Positions 37,088 to 49,099 of a DNA stretch of 64,000 nucleotides are shown piece by piece. The DNA lies in contig NW_027192197.1 of assembly GCF_041956535.1 (NCBI RefSeq), forward strand, positions 507,829 to 571,828, in the 5' to 3' direction. The stretch comes from Calcarisporiella thermophila CBS 279.70 (Eukaryota; Fungi; Calcarisporiellomycota). Position numbers and translations under genes: made by a program. The notes under the pieces are model-generated. The model was not told the DNA's origin and ran no database searches. It saw only the letters and a list, made by a program, of their open reading frames with translations. Each line of letters starts with the position of its first letter. Position 1 is the first letter of the stretch.

Positions 37088-38838
37088 TCATCTATCTGAT
37101 CTAGCATCGGCATTCTCACCCATAATTTTCATCAGTCGCTCTAATGTCTCCTGATTTCTTCGCGTCATTTCAAACAGTTCCTGCACCTTCTCCTTCAGGT
37201 CGCCTCCTTCTCCTCCTTCATCCCTCTGATGGCGCCGGCGTGGATGACTGGAAGTAGGCGTGGTCGGTGAAATGACGTCGAAGCTTGGCCGCGTACGCTC
37301 ATTTCCGCCTAGCATCTGATACAAGCTATCCTGGGGCTCTTCTTCCTCGTCCTCATCTTCGCCATGATTTTCCGTTGCCACACGGTTTTGTTCTGATTGG
37401 GAGCGGTAGTATTTCCTCATGATTTCCCACACAATCGAAAAATTCCGCCCAACAATGATAGATGGGAGTGCGATTAACAAAATCCCGAAAAGCATGGCTG
37501 GTATGGTGATTAGCTTCCCGACGAAGGTTGTAGGAACCATGTCACCTAGTTGATGGTCACACACTCATGTAAATCATATCGAAGAAAACTGGAGAATAAT
37601 TGTCTTACCGTAGCCAGTGGTTGTGATAGTTACTAAAATATACCAGATTGCTGCAGGAATGCTGTCAAATGAACTGTAAACCGAAAAAAAAGCGTAAGAA
37701 AGTTTCTAGAATGCCTTTACTTGTTAATGACGTATACCTCGGATTTCCATCAGCGTCAAGGAATATTTTTTTCGTGTCATCCCATTCGCCACGCTCAGCT
37801 AAGAAGAAAACCATAAGTATCACTTATAAAAGCCAATTGCATAGCCAAATGGAACTTACCAAAATAGAGCAAGGTCGAAAAAATGATAACCGTAGCAACC
37901 ATAAAAAAGAGCAGAGCTCCCAGCGCGTCAGCACTCCTTCCCATCGCAATGATCAGCACCTCAATGGTCATGGCTAGAGTTGAGGTATAACGATAAGGTT
38001 TGAAGATACGAAGAAGACGAAATATCCTAAGGATGGTGAAGCGAAACTCATAGGTGGTTTCATGGCGAGCAATGACCTCTATGTAATAGGGAAGAATGGC
38101 GAGTATATCGAGGATCACTAAGGGGGCTGTAGAGAAAGAAAATCAAATTGGATCAGATATCAGCACACTCAAATTGAAATAGTGGATAAAACTCACAGGT
38201 AAAGAAGCGCTTAATCAGCATCATCGAATCAGAGTGGGCAAGAAGTCGTAAGATAAACTCGATAGTGAAGAAGAACACCATGATGGTTTCCAAGACAAAC
38301 CTAATTATAAAGTTGATTAGAATAGCTCTTATTTCTCACTATACATTCGCCATATTGGAAAAAAAAATTTTTGATATAATCTCAAGGGAACATATTAAAA
38401 TGTGGGCAGCTAGCCCGAAATGTAAATCACTTACCAGAACATATTTCCAACGGCTCTTGCAGCAGGAATAGTTTCCACTGTCGTTAACACCGCACTTAGA
38501 AGAATCATGCCAGTCACCGACATATTTACCCAAAGCGCAGCCCTACTCGAGCTCGAATCTTCTAGCAATAAGTAGAGCTCCCGTTTCCACGCCGATCTTA
38601 TCTGTGTTTTTGGATCGAAATAGCGGCCTTCAATATTGACATGATCCCCCATCATAGTCGGGAACCGGGCCATGGATATAGAGGCCCATTGTCGGCGATG
38701 CGGATGTTGATGCGAATTCCGATCGCGTTGAATGATATCCGCAGTAGAATGGGTGGGAGAGCTGGGCTCCGTGTTCTCATCATGCATGGGAACACTCACC
38801 GTGGACTGCAACTCAATCCCTGCATCATCCCCAGCCAT
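37088..38838 (-). CDS. Voltage-gated potassium channel (6-TM Kv-like)
   Basis: LLEDSSSSRAA, FFTIEFILR, IILDILAILPYYIE, S4 [44 protein letters not shown] (selectivity filter), S6 GILLIALPSIIVGRNF; six exons. Confidence 0.95.
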
Positions 38839-39130
38839 TATTTATCTGTAAATATAATAAACTAAAACTAGAAGAAATCAAACAGTGAAGTTAGTCATTT
38901 CTTTCAGATTGTTTTCTGTCTATCAGATTTTCGGAGTTCTTTCGCGTGCTTAAATTAAGGGCTTTGCATCTCGATAAAAAATATCTTTTGTTATAAAATG
39001 AGGGTGGAGCCGTCTAAGAATCGTCCAAAAGAAAAGAAAAAAGAAAAAAAAAGTGGGAGGTTTGAAAGAAAGAGAGAGGGCATACAAGAAGCAAAGTAAA
39101 ATTGATATTTATATTATAAGAAAACATATT

Positions 39131-40943
39131 TTAGAACGACACCTTCAAACTCTCTAGACTAGCTTGGGTCTCGATAACTTTGAGCGCCTGCTCGACCTCA
39201 AGGCGATTCCGTGCAGCCTCTAGCCATCCCTTCGCTAGTTTCTTTGGCCATCCTGTCAGCTGATTCAACTCTCGAGTCGCACTATCGAGATCGTTCTCGT
39301 GTAAATAGTGTTCTGTGCGGGCAAGGACAGACTCTACGTCGTCGCCTTCGCACAATCCCTGCTTGTGGAACATGAGCTTCGACAAGATAATAGAGAGCAC
39401 ATGTGACAAAAGACCGCCATCCTCGGGAACCAAAGCGGCCCGACGCACTTCGTTAGCCACTCCCTGGAAACGAGCTAATAGGGACGGGACTGAGTCCAGG
39501 CCTTCCTTGGCGATGCGTTCATCAATCGTTGCAAGAACTGTGTTGACGATTGCATGTGGGGCACCTACTTGTCGTAGCGCCTCTAGTTCGGCTGTGAATG
39601 GTTGTCGCTCTGTGCTCTCAAACACATTACGTAGAGATAAAACGGCATTCCACAGTAGGTGTGCACGCTGACTATGTTCCAAAAGTTCTACGTTATCCAG
39701 CACCGAGCGCTCAAGCGAGTGAAGCCGCGCGTTAATATGGTCGAGTCTTGCCAGACGGCCTGCCCGCTCATTCTCCACCAAGTATTGCACTTCGCGTACC
39801 CAACGGCGTTGCGTTTCTACTGCCTGACGCACAAGAGCTTCCTGTAGACGCTGAGCGTGCTCAGCGCCCTGACGCTCCAATTCGGCTTTCAGCTCATCTC
39901 GATACTGCTCAAATAAGCGCAGCTTCTCCTCGTTCCATAAGGCAGCTGATTCAGCCAAATGTTTTTCGACGTTGGTTGACACTTGAGCTTCGTGCTCATG
40001 CAGCAATTCATGGAAGGCACGCGCTTGCTCTTTCAATGCTGCTTTAACAATGCTGACATTGCGATCTCTTAGTTCATTGAATTTCTCCCCAAGCATGGAC
40101 AGCTCACCGCGTGCCTCTTCGATTACCTTTGCGAGCTTAGGGGTAGGGCCGATCTCGTTCACCACTGCGCTCAACTCATTCAAAGTCTGAACCAATTGAC
40201 ACACTAATGCCTCATCGGTCGTAGGCACCAAATTAGTAGGCAGCTGGAATCGATGGAAATCATCTACTGCATCTTTCTTCTCTTTCGCTACTGGTAACTC
40301 TTTTTTATCAACCCCATCAACCGGTAACGCCACTTTCGTCCGCTTTTTTACTGGTGATGGCTCAGGTACCGAGGTAACCTTGTCGTCTTCAGTCAATTCT
40401 GATACCATATTTTTTACCTGTTCCGCAGCATCTTTTGTAGTAGTGTATACGTTCTTGGACACATTGGTCGTGCTCTCAGCCAATCCACTCAACCTTTCAC
40501 TCACATTTTTGAGCGTGGGGTTTTTACGAAGATTTTCAACCATATCAAGAACTTGTTCAGCGCCATAGACGTTGTCGGTGAATATATCTCTAAAATCCTC
40601 ATCTTTGAGTGAGTAGTAAACGCCAGCACCATAACCAGCGGCTCCAATAAGAGAGAGGGTCAGTAGGGCGTTGCGATAGAAACGCCAGCTAGATTTTTGG
40701 GGAGTAGCAGCTGCCTGTGCCTCTGATGTTGCCGAAGTGGTCGTCTCAGTGGAATTGAATCGCTATGAATAGAGTCAGGAAATTGCAGATGCGTTGGAAT
40801 GTAACCTTAGTAGTGGGAAAAAAAACATAACTCACCTTGGATACATTTATCGGCTGTTGGTTTAAGCGTAGCTGTCTATTGGCATTTCTAAGCTGTAGAG
40901 TCGTCCGCTTCGACGCGTGGTTTAATCTCGACAAGTTGAGCAT
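39131..40943 (-). CDS. MIC60: MICOS subunit Mic60 (mitofilin)
   Basis: Mitochondrial presequence, TM segment with YGAGVYYSL, long coiled coil, VENERAGRLARL, mitofilin domain GDDVESVLARTEHYL...LDSATRELNQLTGWPKKLAKGWL. Confidence 0.95.
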
Positions 40944-41155
40944 GTTAACAAATCCTGATACACCCGAGCGTCGAGAAAGATTTAGAAAGATGAAGAGCAT
41001 TTATTGATTGAATTGTGAGTAAGGTACCTTTTTCCCAGCTCTAAATTGGCTTTCTACCGATCGAGCACTTTGGTTTCTAGTAACGCTGGAAATTCTTGCT
41101 CGACTTAACAAGAGATCTCGCTTCCCCCTGCTTGCACTATTTTCTTCGAAAATTG

Positions 41156-41174
41156 TGACGTTTTTCGATGACGT
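41156..41174. promoter_or_regulatory. Two TGACGT motifs in the MIC60/RPL38 bidirectional promoter
   Basis: TGACGT at 41156-41161 and 41169-41174, 80-95 bp upstream of the RPL38 ATG. Confidence 0.3.
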
Positions 41175-41250
41175 TTTCTAAAGATTATTTTACTAATCTC
41201 TTTTCACGAAGAATAGGCTCTCTCTCTCACCATATCCATCCATCCTAACT

Positions 41251-41841
41251 ATGGTAGGTCATCCTCACACTTGTGTTAAAGATATCGCTGGGCCCATCCT
41301 CTACGACTCAGGATGGGAATCCTTGAAAATTTTTTTTTGCTGTTGGATAAGCTGGAAGACGAAGCTGAGATCTCGAGATGAAATTGATGTTTAGATTCCG
41401 GATTATCATCTATGCCTATATATGTACTCAACGAATTCAGTGCTAATTTTTCCTTTACAATCTGTATCTCAATCTTTCTATAGCCTAAGCAGGTTACTGA
41501 CATTAAGGAATTCCTCGAGATCGCCCGGAGGAAGGATGCTAAGTGTAAGTACCTTCACATTTTTTTCCCGCATAACCGATGCGCTGTGATGCAAATGTAT
41601 CTAATCTCTCCTTCTCATTTTCCTGGATATTAGCTGCTAGCATCAAGAAGAATGGCAAGCAGATTAAGTTCAAGGTCCGTTGCTCACGTTACCTCTACAC
41701 TCTGGTCGTCAATGATGCCGACAAAGCAGGGAAACTGAAGCAATCCCTCCCCCCTGGTAGGTTTATTTTAATGGACCTCTCATTCACGAACATCGAATAA
41801 TTTTTAAATTTTTTTTAGGTCTTACTACCAAAGAGATCTAA
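41251..41841 (+). CDS. RPL38: 60S ribosomal protein L38 (eL38)
   Basis: ATG-only first coding exon, then [48 protein letters not shown]. Confidence 0.96.
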
Positions 41842-42328
41842 AGGGATAGATTATTCTCAGTCCTTGTTAATAAAATTGAACTTATATAATTTCGATTTGC
41901 ATACGATATAAAATTTTTCCATATGATGTGGATGCAGTACGTGTAGAAACCGAGACAGCAACACTTTATATCCATACATGACCTAAGTGAAATATTGTAG
42001 ATACAGATTACAATCAAGCCGCGACAATATCATGATTTTTTATATCATTTTTGTTCAGTATTTCGCCTGAGCAAATGATTTCCATATCTGAAGAGATAGC
42101 ACAAACTCTCATAATTAACTGTTAGAAAATTGCCTATGATCTCTTGCGATCTAATGGCCTTCATGCTATTCCCTTAATACTCTAGCATATTGATACTCCA
42201 GTGTAGCCAGCTATAAAATAAACTTCTGGTACTTCAATTTGAATTTGTGACTGCTAAAACATTAATAACATTTGTATTTTTAATAAGTTGCAACTCCCGT
42301 AGATATCGATTGTAATTGTAAGGGAAAA

Positions 42329-44559
42329 ATGACCGGAGAACTAACGGGACCGACGCCATTTTCGGACGATGGCTCAGCAGTAATTGAGAAGAATGTTGAA
42401 GTTCAGAGTACACGCAGGGCCACAACTATTAGTGAGCTTGAAGACATCTATGAAATCAACCGCACAGTGAATGCCATAATCACCGGTCGTTACCAAAAGG
42501 TAAGCATTTCCTCGAACTTTTTCTTACATAATTCTTCGTATAAAGAAAACTTGTCTATATATCCTTGATCGCTTTTACCGATTACCTAAGAAAGATATCT
42601 AATATATCCAAACCGATAGGTTGCGCTACAATTTCCTGACGAACTTCTGGCCGATTCAACGGCCATTTCTCAGGTCATTTCAGAGCGAGCAGGTTGTAAA
42701 ACATTTGTGTTAGCAGACACTTCATATGGCAGGTTAGTTTATTCAGATAAAATGACATTAAGATTTTATTAACACATGGTTTTATAATGGATATGTGTAG
42801 TTGCTGCGTCGATGAAGTAGCTGCCGAGCATGTGAATGCAGATTTTATAGTGCATTATGGAAGGGCCTGTTTAAGCGCGTAAGCTTTCGAAATCATATAT
42901 TAATGCCCAATTCTGCTCGTAGCTAATGCGCTTTAATAGAACTTCTCGGCTTCCAGTACTCTATGTTTTTGGAAAAAATCCTATCGACATCGAGAATTGT
43001 GCACAAGGATTCGATGAAATATTTGGCGAGGAAAAATCGAACCCCATTTTGATTGCAAGCGACCTGGTTTATCTTCATAGCATTGGTAGGAAACGAACTA
43101 GCATTTGTTTATTTATGTGCTTTACTTAGAATGAACTCTGTTTTACTTAGATTCATTGATTGAGGCTTTAAAAAATCGTGGATATACCAACTTAATCTTA
43201 CCGACAATTGAATTAGAATACAAACCAGCTTCTCCATCAACTTGTTCTACAGAACGCACTACACGTTCAGGTGGTACTTGCTGCTCTAAGCTTAAACAAC
43301 GGTGCGAGGAAGATGATCAGCAAGTTCCTATGTGTGCAAGTGGAGACCAAGAAGTTCCCAACTCCAATTGTTCCTCTTGTGCATGTCCTACTAGACCTAT
43401 TATACCGCAGCCAGCTCATGGCGAGGAACCGTATGGAAAAGGGGGGTGGAAATTCCAAATGCCTGACAATGTTAAGCTTGAAGATTGCAAAATATTTTAT
43501 GTCGGAGGAGAAAGCATGCGGTTAACTAACCTGATCATAACGCATAATAAATGCCCTGTATGTACAAGTGGCGCCAGACTTCCAGTAACTTTCGCTCATG
43601 ATGATTTTTTTTATCTGCTAGACCTTCACTTATGACCCGGAAAACATGAAAACTCGCCGTGAGTCGATTCAAGTGAACCGACTTCTAATGCGACGATTTT
43701 ATCTAGTGCAGAGGGCAAAGGATGCTGATGTTATTGGTATCCTTGTTGGTACTTTGGGTGTTGGTAAGCCTTTTTTGTGTACATATTCAGTTTCATCTTG
43801 AATTGAAATGGATTGTCTTTTTTTAGCGTCGTATCTTCAAGTCATTGATCGTATCAAATCTCTCATTAATAAAGCCGGAAAAAAGCACTACACTTTCGTT
43901 GTGGGTAAACTGAATGTGGCAAAGCTTGCCAACTTCATGGAGGTGGATTGCTATGTGCTTGTCGCTTGCCCTGAAAACAGTCTTATCGATTCAAAAGAGT
44001 TCTATCGGCCAATTGTGACCCCATATGAATTAGAAATTGCGGTGGATCCTGAAAACGGGTGGACGGGCGAATACGAGACAACATTTGACCGGTTATTGGA
44101 GAAGGAAGCAGACGTCACTGGTGAAGCAACCCGAGAAAAAGATGAGAAGAGTGAGGAGGTTAGCGAAGATGAAGATATACCCCACTATTCCTTGGTGACT
44201 GGACAATTAAAGCAGGGGCGTAGGTGGGCATCTGCATCTTCGGAAAAAGGTAAATTTTAATTTTTAATCTATTTATTTTTTCTACTATAGTATTTTTACT
44301 CAATACTGTTGGGATAGATAACAATCAACTCGTTTCAAGTATGCAGCAACTCACCTTGAGAAATCAGGATTCTGCATTGATATCACGAACCCTCGGAAGT
44401 GCCGCGGGAGAATTCCTAAACCTTCGAACTTTCCGAGGTTTGGATCCACGAATTGGGCAAACCGAAGTGGAAGAAGTAGAGGAAGGCCGCGGAGGGATTG
44501 CGCGAGGATACTCGGGAGAGCCCGATGCTACTAACCGACAAGGGCCGTCCTATAGCTAA
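42329..44559 (+). CDS. DPH2: Diphthamide biosynthesis protein Dph2
   Basis: [79 protein letters not shown]. Confidence 0.95.
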
Positions 44560-44776
44560 TGGACAGCTACTCGCTCAGTATTGTACAATTCACGTTAGAA
44601 TATTTTTCAATAGAATCACTTTCATGTTTTTAACACCTAATGTTCGGAATTTAGAACCTCCCATTATACTGGCTTTTATTTTTAAGAAAAAATTAATAGT
44701 ACATGGTTATAAAATTACAAGGATAAATAGAAGCATTATATATAGCGGACCTACTGCATACAGTGGCCAACGATAT

Positions 44777-46740
44777 CTAAACTCGTGCTACATCCTCTAC
44801 TTCAGAAATCGCATTCTCCTCCTTGCTGCGATCGACCTTGACTTCCAACGTTTGATTTGATGGGTTGAGTCGAGAATGGCGATAACCATAAACAGCATAG
44901 AAGAGTATTCCAATAGCTACCCAAATAGCCAGTCTATACAACGTTTCAGTCGTCGAAGTACCAAGTAGGAGAATACAAAGGGCGGCACCGATCAGTGGCA
45001 AGATCACGATTTTTCCTCCTGGGACTTTAAATTTACGGGGAGCGTCGGGCTCCTTGAAGCGTAGATAGATCACTCCAATATGAACAAATAGGAAAGCCAG
45101 AAGGGTACCAGCGCTGGTGAGCTCACTTAATACCCCAAGCGGCAAAACTCCACTCAGAATGGCTGTGATCATTCCACAAAAGATAGTTGTGTAGACAGGC
45201 GTCTTAAATCTTGGATGCAGATATGTAGTGAATTTAGGGAACAGCCCATCCTTCCCAATTGTGTAAAGGATTCGTGGCATAGCGATAAGAAGTACTAGAA
45301 TCACTGAAGTAAGCCCTGCTATCGCTCCCAAATCTACAATGATATTAAGCCATCTCATTCCCGTGTGATTTAGGACAAGGGCCATTGGCGCGGCGTGTTG
45401 GGACGCTAACCTTGCAAAATCTTTATAGTTCACGACCCCAGTCATAATTAAACATGCCGCGATATACAAGACGGTGCACACGAGTAGCGAACCGAGGATT
45501 CCAATGGGCAAATCACGCTGCGGGTTCTTTGCCTCTTGAGCAGTGGTGGTGACTGCATCGAAGCCAATGTAAGCGAAGAATACGATGGATGCAGCTTGGA
45601 ACATGCCCGTGACTCCATATCTGCCAAAGCTGCCTTCGTTTTCTGGGATGAAGGGTGTATAGTTGGAAGGATCAACGAACTTGATGCAGGCAAAGATAAC
45701 TGCAGTTGCCATGAAGATGAGGAATGTTACCGAATTTTGGGACGGAAATAAGCTCAACCAAAGAGATACTTACACACTAGAACAACAAGGACCTTCATGG
45801 TCACAATTATATTATTGAAGCGAGCTGATTCGCGAATTCCAAACATTAAGATAATGGTGATGGTTATACAAATGCATACTGCAGGTAAGTTCAAGTAATC
45901 GCCGGTAACATGGAAGGCGTTCTCTGTCCACTCTACAGGGGCATTCGTCAAATGCTTATTGATACTAACGCCCAATGACCCGAAGAAATCTGTAGTATAT
46001 CCTGACCATCCTGTTTATAAATAGTGGCTCAGTACATTTTAACTACATCGCCAGCAGTATATCATCTCCACATACCAACGGCGACTGTTGATGCTCCCAA
46101 AAGGTATTCCAAAATTAGACTCCACCCAATCAGAAAGGCCACAAACTCGCCCATAGTTGCCGACGCATACTGTAAAATGGCGCAGAGGTAAGCAGGTGGT
46201 CAGAACGAAAATGGACTTTTCTCACTTACAGTATAGGCGGAACCAGCAACAGGTATCATCGAAGCCATCTAAATTATAGGGAGAGGCTTGGCTTTAGTAC
46301 TGGGAAAAGGCTTGGCCCAAACACGTATACCGAGAAAGTATATCTCTCGGTGCCGATTAATATCTCTAAACTGCTCCATTTACCTCAGCATAAGACAAGC
46401 CAGCTAAACCACTGGCAATTCCTGCAACAATAAACGAGATGGAGATTGCTGGTCCTGCATTGTCCCCTGCAACCTTACCTAATTATAGGAATGATGAAGT
46501 TAATATTCAACCTACACGCTTGGTCTGTATGAATATACCTGGAAGCACGAAAATGCCTGTGCCTATAATTGCACCTACTCCCACCATAATTAGATCTAGA
46601 GCCCCTAGACTCCTCCGAAAATTGGAGTGGGCAACCTCTTCCTCCAGTTGATTAAGAGGCCTTCGCGTGAACAGTCTACGTAATACATGCCTCCAGAAAG
46701 ACCCCTCGTATGAGACAAGTGATATTGATTTTTCCGCCAT
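44777..46740 (-). CDS. APC-superfamily amino-acid permease (CAT/YfnA-like)
   Basis: LGALDLIMVGVGAIIGTGIFVLPG, AGPAISISF, YAEMASMIPVAGSAYTY, FFAYIGFDAVTTTAQEAKNPQRDLPIGI, LTSAGTLLAF. Confidence 0.93.
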
Positions 46741-49099
46741 CAACACGACCGTGGATATATAATAAATCCGAAAAGGAATTCTACAGAATTATAAATAGGT
46801 CTACTCTGGGGGGTGCGTCAGGGTTTGCCGCTATTTATAGTGCATCCTCTCCAACATGTAATGAGGAAAAAAAATGACTCTTCTCGATAGAATCGGGAAT
46901 GGAGGGGCTCAGGTTAGTTGCCTGCTCGGCGTTCATTTTTTTTTTTCTTAGAGAACAAGTACGACCGAGTATCGTTAAATTGAAGTTCCGAAAAGGCCAA
47001 TTTTTTTACTTTCGTGAAAGGGACATATGTGGTATTGTGGATGACAACGAACGCTGCTGTGAAACTGAGTGGTCAGGATTGATGGGTTCCCTTGTCTTGG
47101 CCCTTCCTATTGAATAACTATTTACCGGCTTATATAAGGTTATCACCAAACAATCTATACATATTACTTTTCATTTCATTTCGTTTCGTTTAGGAAGCAC
47201 TTTCGACAAAGTATGTTGGAGCTCCCCACATATTAGCACCTTAGCCTCGCTCAAAGAGGGTTTATTTCCCGCTTGGTTACTTAAAAGCAAAACTTATTCT
47301 TATATTATCAAGCAATTAATAATCTATTACTGAGGTTCTCTTGTTGAGAAAGAAATTTAAGGCCCAGTTGGTAAAGACTTCCACTAAAAATGCAACGGAG
47401 ATGAATTCGGACTTAAGCCACGCTTGAATCGATATAGAAACTCCATGGCAGCTTGTTGGGGGAAACGTGAACGCGGTGCCTGACCTAGCTTCACTGTCCC
47501 ACTCGGACTTTCTTTTGCTGCTTATGGCTACGACAACAGCGCTAATCCTGCTAGCTTTTACCACTTCCTTATGAACAAGATCTTATGACCACGTTGAGTT
47601 TTAATTCTGTTGAAGCGGCATGCGCTTGGAGAACTCCACGGTTATTCTTGACATAAGGACTTGCTTTACCGAACGAGAAGAATACGACGTTAGATTCTAC
47701 GCAAGCATGAATGCATCCCTCTAAGCATTCCTATAATCTAACACTATTTTATTTGCGAGGTCCAAGCTAATGAGAATACTAACACTTGTGTGCCAAAATT
47801 TGATATTGGCGCCCCGTATTAGGGCCGAACTTGCGAAGAGTGTTCTTCCCAAATCAACTGGGACATAATGCATGCATGATGCAAACAAGTCATTTACATT
47901 GAATTTCAGCTACAAATATTTCATTTTTGTGAAATCATTTTATTCACAGTACTCTGGGCGCTAAAACTTTTTATCCCTTATAACCGCCCATTAATTAATT
48001 TTCAGGTGCCCGACTCAAGATAAAACAATCACACGCCAACCGGTAAACTTGTTTCTTTTTATGATGGCTCTCTCGTTGATATAGTACATTTCAACAATAA
48101 TATTCTAGCTTAATCTCACCAGACTCCTCCTTTCTGTAAGTTTATGCAAACAGTCCGATTAAATAGTGATGGATAGTTCTAATACAGCTCACCATAAGGG
48201 CAAAATGCTCTTCCATCATAAAGGGAAATATGCCTTGACAAAAGTAAATCGCGGTAGTGCCAATGTGAATAATGAATCTCAGATGGAAACTTGTTCACCT
48301 AGTCATGGGGATATTCGGAGTCAACAACTGCTTGTACTACAAAGCGATGTTAGATAGGTTGATATAGGTTGAAGATTCGGGATAACTCCCGTCATAACAA
48401 ATATTACCATCTATATCTTTTAGATGTTGAGGTCATGTTTTCATTGCGATGCTCTACTTGCTCCACTTTATATTGCACGCCTGGTGTCTGAAATAAGTTA
48501 TCATTATAAAATCTGTATCTTCCGCCATTGATTTTTGGTGCATTACAAGCCACCCATGGATTGTTTTCATAGAAACATATATTCAACTATTGGGAAAATA
48601 CCTTAAAGCCTTTCCTACAATTAATACAAGAACGGATCAGCATTGATTGTGCAAAGTCAACTGTGATTAAGTAAAGTCCAAGTCATGTTAGAGGTGTTCA
48701 ATGTGTGTTCAATATTTCTCTTTTTTTTTTAATGGATTTGTATGGAAATGGTCGTTTAATTCGGAAATTTGCTGTTTTGTTTAGTCACTGATGCACTCCC
48801 TATATATGGACTTACATAGAAACCGCTTGGGAGTTAATTCATCCATGAGACTAGTAAACATTCTACGCAAGGTCCAAAAAAAAATTATGCAACTACAATT
48901 GGCCATGAACATCCGAACCCACTCTTGTCTGTTATTCATATTGTGTAGTAGAAATTTAAAAAATAATAACTTGAGCGAATTGCGTGCACTGTTGGTTTAA
49001 TTTATATTCAATTGAAATACTCGTGGCGCAGATATTAACGCGTTAAAATTTGTAAAATATCGCGTTACTTGCATTGCCAGGAGAAAAGATTTATTGCTT

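Noticed and set aside
48160-48660. Exon/intron-like remnant on the minus strand upstream of POL3
   Set aside because: Multiple stops and no identifiable homology, so a pseudogene call cannot be supported.
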